Assembly: GCA_024281095.1 (NCBI GenBank) | Contig: JAMXLJ010000115.1 | Location: 763-64,762 of the forward strand | Length of the DNA stretch: 64,000 bases | Reading direction: 5' to 3' | Source of the DNA: Acidimicrobiia bacterium | Lineage (GTDB): Bacteria; Actinomycetota; Acidimicrobiia; IMCC26256; JAMXLJ01 | Part shown: positions 26,471-35,749 of the stretch, piece by piece | How the letters are laid out: each line of letters starts with the position of its first letter | Numbering within the stretch: position 1 is the first letter of the stretch | Translations under genes and position numbers: made by a program | The notes under the pieces: generated by a model | What the model saw: only the letters and a program-made list of their open reading frames with translations | Database searches by the model: none | What the model was told of the DNA's origin: nothing

Positions 26471-27835
26471 ATGGCTGTGATGCTGTTCCGCAACCGGCGC
26501 GACGCCGGACGGCGCCTCGCCGAGGAGCTCGCGGTCTACCGGTCCCGGCGGCCGGTGGTCGTCGCGCTTCCACGCGGTGGTGTGCCCGTGGGGTTCGAGG
26601 TGGCGCACGAGCTGCTGGGGGAGCTCGACGTCGTTCTCGTGCGCAAGGTGGGCGCACCCCAGCAGCCCGAGCTCGCCATCGGTGCGGTGGGCGAGGACGG
26701 CGTGGTCGTGCTCGAGGAGGACCTCGTGGCGCGCCTCGGTGTGGACCGGGCGACGGTCCAGGCCCTCGTGCGTCGCGCGCAGGATGAGCTCGTCGTGCAG
26801 GACACGATGTTGCGACGCGCACGGCCGGTCGCGCGCGTCAAGGGCCGCACCGTGATCGTCGTCGACGACGGGCTCGCGACGGGCGCGACGATGCGCGCCG
26901 CGGTCGCGGTGTTGCAGCGACGCGGCGCGCGACGGATCGTCGTCGGCGTCCCGGTTGGTGCGGGTGACACGGTCCGCGCGCTGCGCGCCATTGCCGACGA
27001 CGTCGTGTGCGTGGCGATACCGCCCGAGTTCACGAGCGTCGGTCAGTGGTACAGCGACTTCGCAGCGGTGGGCGACGACGAGGTCGTCGATCTGCTCGAC
27101 CGTTCGATGGACGAGTCGAGTGGGCGGATCCCGACGCTGTCCGTGCCTACCGAGTACGCGGTCCAGGTCGATACCGCGGACCTGCAGTTGCCGGGACAGC
27201 TCGCCGTCGTGGCGGGCGCGATCGGCGCGGTCGTGTTCGCGCACGGCAGCGGCAGCAGTCGTCTCAGCCCTCGCAACCAGATGGTGGCGGTCGCGCTGCA
27301 GCAGGCCGGCTTGTCGACGCTGTTGTTCGATCTCCTGACGCCCGACGAAGCCGCGGACCGATCGGCCGTGTTCGACATCCCGCGACTCGGTGCCCGCCTG
27401 CTCGGGGCGACGCAATGGCTTGCGCAGCGCCCGGGTTTCGCGTCCACGCCGGTCGGCTGGTTCGGCGCCAGCACGGGCGCGGGCGCCGCGCTGTGGGCTG
27501 CCCCCGACGCCGGACCGCGTCTGCGCGCCATCGTCTCGCGTGGCGGCCGGCCCGATCTCGCCGGCGGCCGCCTTGCCGACGTGGCCACCCCAACGCTGCT
27601 CATCGTGGGCGGGGCCGACACGCAGGTGCTCGACCTGAACCGTCAAGCCGAGCGGGCGCTCGCCGCGCCGGTGCGCCTCGAGGTGGTTCCCGGTGCGACG
27701 CATCTCTTCGAGGAGCCGGGCGCCATGGAACAGGTCGTCGACCTCGCGCGGGACTGGCTCGTCGAACTGCTCGGCGCCGAGGTGTCGCCGGCACCGAACG
27801 GATCACGATCCGGGCCGGGACCGCGCGACCGTTGA
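26471..27835 (+). CDS. Phosphoribosyltransferase-domain protein fused to an alpha/beta (dienelactone-type) hydrolase domain
   Basis: ORF 26444..27835. The start is ATG at 26471 or 26480 (MLFRNRRDAGRRLAEEL). The PRT loop is TVIVVDDGLATGATMRAA. The C-terminal half has AVVFAHGSGSSRLSPRN...WFGASTGAGAAL...LLIVGGADTQV...VPGATHLFEE. Confidence 0.85.
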   Translation: MAVMLFRNRRDAGRRLAEELAVYRSRRPVVVALPRGGVPVGFEVAHELLGELDVVLVRKVGAPQQPELAIGAVGEDGVVVLEEDLVARLGVDRATVQALVRRAQDELVVQDTMLRRARPVARVKGRTVIVVDDGLATGATMRAAVAVLQRRGARRIVVGVPVGAGDTVRALRAIADDVVCVAIPPEFTSVGQWYSDFAAVGDDEVVDLLDRSMDESSGRIPTLSVPTEYAVQVDTADLQLPGQLAVVAGAIGAVVFAHGSGSSRLSPRNQMVAVALQQAGLSTLLFDLLTPDEAADRSAVFDIPRLGARLLGATQWLAQRPGFASTPVGWFGASTGAGAALWAAPDAGPRLRAIVSRGGRPDLAGGRLADVATPTLLIVGGADTQVLDLNRQAERALAAPVRLEVVPGATHLFEEPGAMEQVVDLARDWLVELLGAEVSPAPNGSRSGPGPRDR

Positions 27836-27838
27836 ACG

Positions 27839-28474
27839 TCAGAGCAGCAGCGGCGCGGGCGTCGAAACCTCGATCTGCTCGCGGTACGCGACGACCTGTT
27901 CGACGGAGATCATCGCGACCCGGTGTTCCTCCGCGAACAACTCGAGGTACGGCCGACGCGCCGGTGAGCCGTCGTCGTGCAGCACCTCGCAGATGACCGC
28001 GACCGGCGGAAGCCCGGCGAGCCGGACGAGGTCCACCGCCGCCTCCGTGTGGCCGCGACGCTCGAGCACGCCGCCGGGGCGGGCGCGCAGCGGGAAGACG
28101 TGGCCCGGGCGGTGGAAGTCGCTTGCGTCCGCCTCGGGGTCGACGACACGGCGGATCGTCTCGGCACGGTCGTGGGCCGAGATCCCGCTCCCGACCGACC
28201 GATGATCGATCGACACCGCGAACGCGGTGTCGCACGTCGCCCGCTCGGGTGCCACCATCGGACCGATCTCGAGCTCGTCGAGGCGGGTCGGGTCGCAAGG
28301 CATGCACACGAGGCCGCGCGCCCAACGAAGCATGAAGTTGATCGCGTCGGCGGTCACCCAACCTGCGGCCATCGTGAGGTCGCCTTCGTTCTCGCGGTCC
28401 TCGTCGTCGGCGACGAGCACCATCTCGCCACGCCGGATCCGGCGGAGCGCGTCCTCCATCGTGGCCTTCAGCAT
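27839..28474 (-). CDS. ribB: 3,4-dihydroxy-2-butanone-4-phosphate synthase
   Basis: ORF 27839..28555. ATG at 28474 is preceded by GGAGGGG. Motifs: VLVADDEDRENEGDLTMAA...INFMLRWARGLVCMP...FAVSIDH...GISAHDRA...FHRPGHVFPLRARPGGVLERRGHTEAAVDL. There is no GTP cyclohydrolase II domain. Confidence 0.9.
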   Translation of the reverse strand: MLKATMEDALRRIRRGEMVLVADDEDRENEGDLTMAAGWVTADAINFMLRWARGLVCMPCDPTRLDELEIGPMVAPERATCDTAFAVSIDHRSVGSGISAHDRAETIRRVVDPEADASDFHRPGHVFPLRARPGGVLERRGHTEAAVDLVRLAGLPPVAVICEVLHDDGSPARRPYLELFAEEHRVAMISVEQVVAYREQIEVSTPAPLLL

Positions 28475-28571
28475 TGCGGCATCCCCTCCACAGTTTTCAT
28501 GGCTCCCTCGCTGCGGTCTGCCGGGCGTCCGCCCAGGGCGCAGCTGCGTCCGCACGGTTGCTCTTCACCCG

Positions 28572-29600
28572 TCATGCGTGCACCGGTTCGGTGACGAACG
28601 GTCGTCTCGCTCTGGGCAAGGTGACGACCATCCGGCAGCCGTGCGGCTGCCGCCGCTCGGGATGGATGCGGCCACCGTGCAACTCCACGATCCATTGCGC
28701 GATCGCGAGGCCGAGACCGGCACCACCGTTCCCGGACGCGCGCGCCTGATCGGCGCGGTAGAAGCGCTCGAACACGCGGTCTACCTCCGCCTCGGGAATC
28801 CCGGGCCCCTCGTCGCACACTTCGATGCGCACGCCGTCGCGCGTGCGCCGTGCAATCACGTCGACGCGACCAGCGGTGGGCGTGTACCGCACCGCGTTCT
28901 CGAGCAGATTGGCGACGACCTGATGCACGCGCTCCGGATCGCCGTCCGCGGCGAGGTCGGGCGAATCGACGTCGACGACCATGGTGACACTCGGCGCGTG
29001 GAGCTGTGCCTCGCGTACGGCGTGCTCGAGCAGGGGCCGCACCGCGAAATCCTGACGATCGAGCGGCACTGTGCCCGACTCGAGCCGCGACAAGTCGAGC
29101 AGCTGCGTGACCAGCCGTCCGAGTCGTTCGACCTGCGTGAGCATGGTGCGAAGCGTCTGCGGGTCCGGGGGTTCCACGCCGTCCACGAGGTTCTCCAGCC
29201 CCGCCTGCAGCGCGGTGATCGGCGTGCGCAGCTCGTGCGAGACGTTGGCGACGAGATCCCGACGCACGCGGTCGGTCTCGGCGAGCTCGGCCGCCATCTT
29301 GTTGAAGGCGCGCGCCAGCGCGCCGATCTCGTCGCGCGATGTTGCGGTGACCCGGCGCTCGTAGTCGCCGCGCGCCATCGCGTCCGCGGCCGAAGCCATT
29401 TCGCGCAGCGGCTTCGTGAGGCCGCGTGCGAGCACGCGGACCATGACGATCGCGATGAGACCCGACACCGCGCCACTGACCGACGGCCACACGCCGACCT
29501 TCACGCCCGCCCACGTGAAGAGCACGGTGATGCAGACGGCCGCGACCACGAGCGCGCCGAGCTTCATCTTGATCGAGGTGAAGCGGTTGAGCGGGCTCAT
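28572..29600 (-). CDS. Sensor histidine kinase (TM-HAMP-HisKA-HATPase_c)
   Basis: ORF 28572..29600. It has the HAMP segment LTKPLREMASAADAMARGDYERRV, H-box VANVSHELRTPITAL, N-box VVANLLENAVRYTP, and G-boxes DEGPGIP / GGAGLGLAIA. Its ATG overlaps the regulator stop (ATGA). Confidence 0.9.
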   Translation of the reverse strand: MSPLNRFTSIKMKLGALVVAAVCITVLFTWAGVKVGVWPSVSGAVSGLIAIVMVRVLARGLTKPLREMASAADAMARGDYERRVTATSRDEIGALARAFNKMAAELAETDRVRRDLVANVSHELRTPITALQAGLENLVDGVEPPDPQTLRTMLTQVERLGRLVTQLLDLSRLESGTVPLDRQDFAVRPLLEHAVREAQLHAPSVTMVVDVDSPDLAADGDPERVHQVVANLLENAVRYTPTAGRVDVIARRTRDGVRIEVCDEGPGIPEAEVDRVFERFYRADQARASGNGGAGLGLAIAQWIVELHGGRIHPERRQPHGCRMVVTLPRARRPFVTEPVHA

Positions 29601-30310
29601 CGCCGGGCCGCCGCCGCCGTGCCTTCGACCGCGTACCCGACACCGTGGACGGTGCGGATGACGTCGTCACCGAGCTTTCGCCGCAACGCGCGCACATGAG
29701 AGTCGACCGTGCGCGCACCCGAGCCATCGGGATACCCCCACACCGCGCTCAGCAGCTGCTCGCGTGTGGACACCACGCCGGGCCGGGAGGCCAGGTGCAG
29801 CAGCAAGTCGAACTCGGTGGGGGTGAGGTGCACGAGCTCGCCGCAGTTGCGCACCCGCCGGCTCGCCGGGTCGATGTCGATGTCGCCGAGGTGCACGGGG
29901 CCCGGCACCGGCTCGGCAGAGCTGCGCTCGACCCGCCGCAGGATCGTGTGAACCCGCGCCACGAGCTCACGGGCGCTGAACGGCTTCGTCATGTAGTCGT
30001 CCGCGCCGACGGCCAGCCCGACGAGGAGGTCGGTCTCGGAGTCGCGGGCGGTCAGCATGAGGACCGGCACGGGGCGGTCGCTCTGGATGTGTTTGCACAC
30101 CTCGAGACCGTCGAGGCCCGGCAGCATGAGGTCGAGCACCACGAGGTCCGGTCGTACCCGTTCGCACAGCTCGATCCCCGCCGGCCCGTCGGGCGCGACC
30201 TCGACCCGGTATCCCTCACTGCGCAGGCGGGCCGCGACGGCGGAGGCGATGGGAGCCTCGTCCTCGATGATCACCACGCTGCGCGCCGAAGCGACCTCTC
30301 CCGACGGCAT
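29597..30310 (-). CDS. OmpR-family response regulator
   Basis: This is the last 237 codons of ORF 29597..31279, starting at ATG 30310. It reads VVIIEDEAPIA...PDLVVLDLMLPGLDG...VLMLTARD...GADDYMTKPFS plus the winged-helix LTPTEFDLLLHLA...VDSHVRALRRKLG...TVHGVGY. Confidence 0.9.
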   Translation of the reverse strand: MPSGEVASARSVVIIEDEAPIASAVAARLRSEGYRVEVAPDGPAGIELCERVRPDLVVLDLMLPGLDGLEVCKHIQSDRPVPVLMLTARDSETDLLVGLAVGADDYMTKPFSARELVARVHTILRRVERSSAEPVPGPVHLGDIDIDPASRRVRNCGELVHLTPTEFDLLLHLASRPGVVSTREQLLSAVWGYPDGSGARTVDSHVRALRRKLGDDVIRTVHGVGYAVEGTAAAARR

Positions 30311-30460
30311 CCCGGCCAGGATAAAGACGCGATCTGCGAGAGTCTCGCCGGACGTGTGGAGATTCGGTGCAGATCGTCCATTGCGAGGCGCCTGAGGTCC
30401 CTGTGGCCGGAGAGGCGCAGGTGAGCGCCATCGCGGACGGGAGCCGCGGCCGCGGGTAGT

Positions 30461-32044
30461 TTGGCGCCCTTGGGCGTCGAGGCACTGGTACGACCTCTCC
30501 GACGGCTGCCACCTGCTGTCGGGCCCTCCTTGCTTCGCCGTCGGGGCACCCTTGCCGTGGTGGCGGCGGCCGGCCTCGGCGTGATGTGCCTGACGCTGTT
30601 CTGGATCGGAGCCACGCGCCCGGAGCGGCTGCTCGACCTGCGCGGCGTGTCCATTGGCGCCGGACGGGCGGTGCACTGCCTGGAGCACGGCCACTTCACC
30701 GGCTGCGACCGTCTGCCCGACGGTCAGATGAGCGGCGCGAGCCGCAACGGGTTCGTCATGGGCAACGTCGGGCCGTGGGCGCCGCTCGCCTACTTCATGG
30801 CGATGCCGCTTCGCGCCGTCGGGCTGTCGGCCGGCACCACTTTGAGCGTGCTGATCATGACGAACGCGGTCGCGTTCACCGCGCTGATCGCGCTGTCGTG
30901 GGTGCTCGTGGCGCGACGCGTCGGCCGCGAATGGGGGCCGGTGATCACCGTGTGCCTCCTCACGAGCCCGCTGCTCTGGTACTCGACCGTCGCGTTCGGC
31001 GAGGTGGTCACCGCACTCATCGTCAGCAGTGCGGTCGCGGCGGTGTTGACCCGCCGCTCGCCACGGTCGCTGGCCGTCATCGTGATGCTCGCCGGGTTCA
31101 CGAAGGAGACCAACGCGCCCTTCGTCGCCGCGCTCTGCTGTCTGGCGCTCGTCACAACCGAGCGCGAGCCCACGCGCCGACGGCGCGCGCTCGCGGCGAT
31201 CGGGCTCGGATCGGTCGCCGCGGTCGCGGGCAACTCGCTGTTCAACATCTTCCGGTTCGGGTCCATGTTCAACAGTCACTACAGCGACGCGGTGTACCAG
31301 GTGTCGAGGCTGCCCCGCGTCGGAGGAAACTTCCTCGCGCTGCTGATCGCGCCCAACACGGGCATCGTGTGGCTGTGGCCCGCAGTCGTAATCCTGCTGA
31401 CGTTCCTGGCCGTTGTGGGCGTGCGCGGGATCGCGCCCCGCAGCGCGCCAGTGGTGCGGTGGTCAGGCGTCATCGTGCTCGCGCTGTTGCTCGTCGAGAT
31501 GATCGGTCTCGCGCGCTGGTATTCGCCGTTCGGTTGGATCGCATGGGGGTCCCGGCTCATACTGCCGCTGTTCCCGCCGATGCTGCTGTGCGCGATCGCG
31601 GCACTCGGGCCGGTGGGTACCACCGCGCTGCGGCGTGCCATGCGCTCCGGCCGGACCCGCATCGCGGCCGGCGTCGTGGTGCTCGCGGGAATCCCACAGG
31701 TCGCCGTCCTGTGGACGCCGAGATCGTGGGCGTCGTTCTTCTCCTCCCGCGGGGTCTGTGCGAACGCCGCGGTCGAGACCAACGTCGATCGCTACTACCG
31801 CTGCACGTCGCACCTCGCGTGGCACACGCCTCCGCTCGCGACGAAGGTCGTCGGCGACCTTCGTTCGCCGGTCGGCGTGCTGATGATCGGCGTCATGGCG
31901 CTCACGGTCGCGGCGCTCGTCGTGCTCGCGCGCGACCTCGCGGGCGACGTGATGCGCCGGCGGGTCGGGCGTGACGTGCGCGTCGTGCGGCAGGTCGCGG
32001 TGGACGAAGAGCGTCTCTACGAGCCCGAGGCGTCGGTCAGCTGA
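30461..32044 (+). CDS. Polytopic integral membrane protein, possibly a GT-C-like glycosyltransferase (function unknown)
   Basis: ORF 30461..32044 (527 aa) with at least 11 hydrophobic segments and a Cys-containing first loop (CLEHGHFTGCDRLPDG). I recognise no decisive family motif. It is divergent from the two-component operon. Confidence 0.6.
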   Translation: MAPLGVEALVRPLRRLPPAVGPSLLRRRGTLAVVAAAGLGVMCLTLFWIGATRPERLLDLRGVSIGAGRAVHCLEHGHFTGCDRLPDGQMSGASRNGFVMGNVGPWAPLAYFMAMPLRAVGLSAGTTLSVLIMTNAVAFTALIALSWVLVARRVGREWGPVITVCLLTSPLLWYSTVAFGEVVTALIVSSAVAAVLTRRSPRSLAVIVMLAGFTKETNAPFVAALCCLALVTTEREPTRRRRALAAIGLGSVAAVAGNSLFNIFRFGSMFNSHYSDAVYQVSRLPRVGGNFLALLIAPNTGIVWLWPAVVILLTFLAVVGVRGIAPRSAPVVRWSGVIVLALLLVEMIGLARWYSPFGWIAWGSRLILPLFPPMLLCAIAALGPVGTTALRRAMRSGRTRIAAGVVVLAGIPQVAVLWTPRSWASFFSSRGVCANAAVETNVDRYYRCTSHLAWHTPPLATKVVGDLRSPVGVLMIGVMALTVAALVVLARDLAGDVMRRRVGRDVRVVRQVAVDEERLYEPEASVS

Positions 32045-33650
32045 TCCGTCGTGCCTTCACGTCCGCGCGTATGCGGCCGACGACGTTCATGCCCGGGATG
32101 CCGGTGACACCGCCGCCTCCGTGAGTGGCCGAGCTGCATTGGTAGAGCCCCCGGATGGGTGTGCGGTAATCGCAGTAACCCGGCGCCGGGCGCAGGTGGA
32201 ACAGCTGTGCCGGTGAGAGCTCGCCGTGGAAGATGTTCCCGCCGATGAGGCCGTACTCCTGCTCCATCTCGTACGGCCCGATCACCTGCCGGTGCAGCAC
32301 GGAATCGCGGAATCCGGGCGCGACCTCTTCCATGGCGTCGACGACGCGGTCCGCGTAGGCGTCGAGCGCGGCCGGGTCGGGCTTGCGGGCCCATTCGTTG
32401 GGCACCCATTGCGTGAACATCGAGACGATGTGCGTGCCTTCGGGGCACAGCGTCCGGTCGAACACCGATGGGATGCACACGTCCGCGAACGGTCTCGTGG
32501 CCGCGCGGCCACCGGCGGCCTCTTGGAACGCCACCTCGAGATAGTCGAGCGACGGCGCGAGCACGATCGTCCCCCCGTGGACCGCCGGATCGAAGCCCGG
32601 TCGCGACGGGAACTCGGGAAGCTTCGAGACGGCGAGGTTCACTTTCACCGTGCCGCTGCGGCTCTGCCAGCGCTCGATGTCACGCACGAAGTCGTCGGGG
32701 AGCTCGCGCCGATCGACGTGGTCGAGGAAGGTGATCTTCGGATGCGTCGCCGCGACGACGACGTCGGCGTCCATCTCCTCTCCCGACGTCAGTACCACGC
32801 CGCGCGCTCGCCCGTTTCGCACGAGGATCTGCTGCACAGGTGCATCGGTACGCACGCGCACGCCGTGGGCCTCGGCCGCGCTTCGCAGTGCGCGTGTGAC
32901 CGCGCCCATGCCGCCTTCGGGAAAGCCCCACGCACCGATCTTGCCCCCACCCACATCACCGATCTTGTGGTGTGCCATCACGTATGCGGTGCCGGCAGAA
33001 CGCGGTCCGGCCCAGGTGCCGATGATCCCGCTGACCGCGAGCAGGCCCTGCACACGCGGCGATTCGAAGAACCAGTCGAGCACGTCCGCGATGCTCATGG
33101 TGAACAACCGGGTGACGTCGGCGACGCCACGCACATCGAGACCGCGCACCCGCCACGCCAGCCGCAGCACGTCCGCGACGTCGCCCGGCCGGCGGGAGCC
33201 GAGCCGGGGTGGCACCGTGGCCAGCAACGGACCGAGCACGTCGGCAAGGCCGCCGAGCCACGCGTCCCATTCCGTCATCGCGTCAGCGTCGTGACCCGAG
33301 AACTTCGCAATCTCGGCGTGCCGTTGCTTCGGCTCGTCGGGCAATGTGAGCGCGCGCCCGTCGGGAGACGGCGCGAAATACGGGCCCTGCGGGTAGACCT
33401 TGTAGCCGTGCCGCTCGAGTTGCAGCTCATCGCGGAGGGCCGAAGGCAACAGGCTGACGACGTACGACAGCGCGCTGACGTCGAACTCCGGGCCCCACGG
33501 CCTCTCCGTGACGGCCGCGCCGCCCACCTGAGAGCGGCGCTCGAGCACTGTGACGTTCGCTCCGAGCCGTTTTGCAAGCAGCGCCGCGGCGACGAGCCCG
33601 TTGTGCCCGCCGCCCACGACGACGCACCGCAAGCCTTCGTCGGACGCCAT
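32037..33650 (-). CDS. Phytoene-desaturase-family (CrtI/PYROXD2-like) FAD-dependent oxidoreductase
   Basis: ORF 32037..33650. It has the dinucleotide fold CVVVGGGHNGLVAAALLAKRL..VTVLERRSQVGGAA and the C-terminal GLYQCSSATHGGGGVTGIPG. Its 3' end overlaps the convergent membrane protein gene by 8 nt. Confidence 0.85.
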   Translation of the reverse strand: MASDEGLRCVVVGGGHNGLVAAALLAKRLGANVTVLERRSQVGGAAVTERPWGPEFDVSALSYVVSLLPSALRDELQLERHGYKVYPQGPYFAPSPDGRALTLPDEPKQRHAEIAKFSGHDADAMTEWDAWLGGLADVLGPLLATVPPRLGSRRPGDVADVLRLAWRVRGLDVRGVADVTRLFTMSIADVLDWFFESPRVQGLLAVSGIIGTWAGPRSAGTAYVMAHHKIGDVGGGKIGAWGFPEGGMGAVTRALRSAAEAHGVRVRTDAPVQQILVRNGRARGVVLTSGEEMDADVVVAATHPKITFLDHVDRRELPDDFVRDIERWQSRSGTVKVNLAVSKLPEFPSRPGFDPAVHGGTIVLAPSLDYLEVAFQEAAGGRAATRPFADVCIPSVFDRTLCPEGTHIVSMFTQWVPNEWARKPDPAALDAYADRVVDAMEEVAPGFRDSVLHRQVIGPYEMEQEYGLIGGNIFHGELSPAQLFHLRPAPGYCDYRTPIRGLYQCSSATHGGGGVTGIPGMNVVGRIRADVKARRIS

Positions 33651-33694
33651 CGACCGAGCGTAACCGGAGGGGAAGAGCCCCGGCCGCGTCAGAG

Positions 33695-35722
33695 CTACAG
33701 GACGTGCCAGTCGACGAATCGTTCCACACGACGCGCGGCGTGCAGCCGAACCTCGACGTCGGCGAACACGTGACCTTCGTTCGGGTAGGTGACGTACTCG
33801 TAGGTCGCGTCGGCTCGCGCCAAACGCTCGACGAGACGTCGCGACGATTCGAACGGTGCTCGGGTGTCGAGCTCGCCGTGAACGACGAGCACGGGCGCCG
33901 GGAGTGCATCGAGCCGGTGAAGGACGGAGGCGGCACGGTACGCGTCCCGGTACGCCGAGGGATGGCCCATCGTCGCCTCGAGCTCACGGCGGCGCCGCGT
34001 GTCGCATCGCGCCCACGAGCTGAGCAGGTCCGAGTCGCCGTTCACCGATACACCCGCAGCGAAGCGACGGCCCGGATCGCGGGTGAGCACGCTCAGCGCG
34101 AGGAAGCCGCCGTACCCGCGCCCGAACACGACGATTCGCTCGTCGTCGACCCAGTCGAGCTTCGCCGCGTACTCGCCTGCGAACAGGCAATCCGCCGCGT
34201 CGTCGATCCCGCATCCGCCGTGTGCGAGTCGCTCGAAGTCGCGCCCGTAGCCGCGGCTTCCACGGTAGGCAGGCGTGAGCCAGCCGTATCCCTTGTCGAC
34301 GAAGTACTGAGCGAGCCCGTCCCATTGGTCGCCTGCGGCCGTACCGGGTGCGTCGGAGACTGCCACGACGAGCGGTACCGGCCGGTTCGGGCTCGCACCG
34401 GATGGCCGGAACAGCCGGCCGTGCACGACCGTGCCGTCTTCCGACGGAAACGAAACCCCGACCGACGCGACATGGGGCGCGGCATCGACGACCCGCGGAG
34501 CGGCCCGGAAGATCGATTCGTTCGGGTGCCCGCCCGGTGTGATGCGCACGACGCCGGGCGGTGTCGTCGCGCTCTCGTGCACCGCGAGGACCACAAGGCC
34601 GTCCTCGTCGCGGGTGCCGTCCTCTTCGTGGTCAGGCGAAGTGGGTCGGTCGCCTACGCCCGTTGCGAACCAGCGCGGCGACGACCACGTCCCCCCGGCC
34701 GCGACGAGCTCGACCCATCGGGTCGCGGGGTCGATCGTCACGACGTCGGTGGTGCCGCCCCGCGCGCGCGTGCCGAGGATGCGCCCTGACACGCGGTCCC
34801 ACGTGAGCTCGCCGAAGTCGGCGCCGTCCGCGGTGAGCTGGTGCTCGGCCACGCCGATCCTGTCGACGCGCCGACTGGTGTCGGTGAGCTCGAGCAGGTG
34901 CACTTCGCGCCAGCCGGACCGGTCGGACAGGAATGCGATGGCGCGACCGTCGGGGGACCACACGGGATCCGAGGTGTCGACTTCGGGAGCGCCGCTCAGC
35001 ACCCGCTCCTCGCCACGCTCCACGTCGACGATGCGTAACTCGCGGCAGCCGGGTTCGCCCGCCGGCCGGAACGGCACGGCCACGAACCGTCCGTCCGGTG
35101 ACGGCACGGCGCGCCCGTAGTCGCCGGGCGCGCGCCCGATCGCTCGCGGCCACGGATCGTCGACGGCGAACGTGCAGAGGGTCGCGTTCCCCTCGTGTTC
35201 CACGGTCGCGACGAGCCGGCGGGTGTCGATCCATACGGGGTCGGCACCTGCGACGAGATCGGTGATCGCACCGCTGCCCACGTCGACGGTCTGGACACGG
35301 CCGCGATCCGTGAACGCGATCGTCTGGCCGTCGGGCGACCAAGAGGGCGCGCTGTCAGTGTCGACGCCCGCGAGCGCGCGACCCGCGGTGAGCCGCTCAG
35401 GTGCCCGACCGGGTGACGCGATCGTCCAGAGGTCGGCGACGTCTTCGTCGAGCACGAACACGACCTGCGCGCGATCGGGTGAGACCTCGAGATGGTGTGG
35501 CCGGCCGGCCCGCACGACCGCTTGGAGAGACCAATGATGCGCCTGGCCACGATCGGGTAACGGGGCTGCGCGCTCGCCGTGGTGGTCGTCGTAGCCGACC
35601 GGTGCGACCTTCCGTTCACGTGCGTCGCGCGCGTCTCGACGTCGAGGCGCGCCGGATCCAAATCCTGATTCGCGGTGCATGGCGACTCTACGTACCCACA
35701 CCGGCACACGTTGTCTCCACAT
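33695..35722 (-). CDS. S9 prolyl-oligopeptidase-family homologue (N-terminal beta-propeller plus alpha/beta hydrolase) with the nucleophile Ser replaced by Gly
   Basis: ORF 33695..35722. Propeller repeats (SWSPDGQTIAF, PSPDGRFVAV, VWSPDGRAIAFLSDR) precede the hydrolase domain GYGWLTPAYRGSRGYG...VVFGRGYGGFLAL...VVHGELDTRAP...YPNEGHVF. An alternative start is ATG at 35680. Confidence 0.8.
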   Translation of the reverse strand: MWRQRVPVWVRRVAMHRESGFGSGAPRRRDARDARERKVAPVGYDDHHGERAAPLPDRGQAHHWSLQAVVRAGRPHHLEVSPDRAQVVFVLDEDVADLWTIASPGRAPERLTAGRALAGVDTDSAPSWSPDGQTIAFTDRGRVQTVDVGSGAITDLVAGADPVWIDTRRLVATVEHEGNATLCTFAVDDPWPRAIGRAPGDYGRAVPSPDGRFVAVPFRPAGEPGCRELRIVDVERGEERVLSGAPEVDTSDPVWSPDGRAIAFLSDRSGWREVHLLELTDTSRRVDRIGVAEHQLTADGADFGELTWDRVSGRILGTRARGGTTDVVTIDPATRWVELVAAGGTWSSPRWFATGVGDRPTSPDHEEDGTRDEDGLVVLAVHESATTPPGVVRITPGGHPNESIFRAAPRVVDAAPHVASVGVSFPSEDGTVVHGRLFRPSGASPNRPVPLVVAVSDAPGTAAGDQWDGLAQYFVDKGYGWLTPAYRGSRGYGRDFERLAHGGCGIDDAADCLFAGEYAAKLDWVDDERIVVFGRGYGGFLALSVLTRDPGRRFAAGVSVNGDSDLLSSWARCDTRRRRELEATMGHPSAYRDAYRAASVLHRLDALPAPVLVVHGELDTRAPFESSRRLVERLARADATYEYVTYPNEGHVFADVEVRLHAARRVERFVDWHVL

Positions 35723-35749
35723 TCCCGTGCCGGCGGGTGGAGAGGCTGG

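Noticed and set aside
28475-28571. A possible FMN riboswitch upstream of ribB. The leader contains GGGUGAA and CCGGCAGACCGCAGCGAGGGAG, which vaguely recall RFN elements.
   Set aside because: Only 97 nt are available between the kinase stop and the ribB ATG. The conserved multi-stem RFN core (for example the GAUUCnGGUGAAAUUCC and CCGACnGU-AAAGUCnGGAUG blocks) is not present. cmsearch with RF00050 would settle it.
32037-32044. Convergent 3'-end overlaps (32037-32044, and 50063-50087) as possible antisense regulatory devices.
   Set aside because: Short convergent overlaps are common in compact GC-rich genomes. There is no additional structure or conservation evidence available from the sequence alone.
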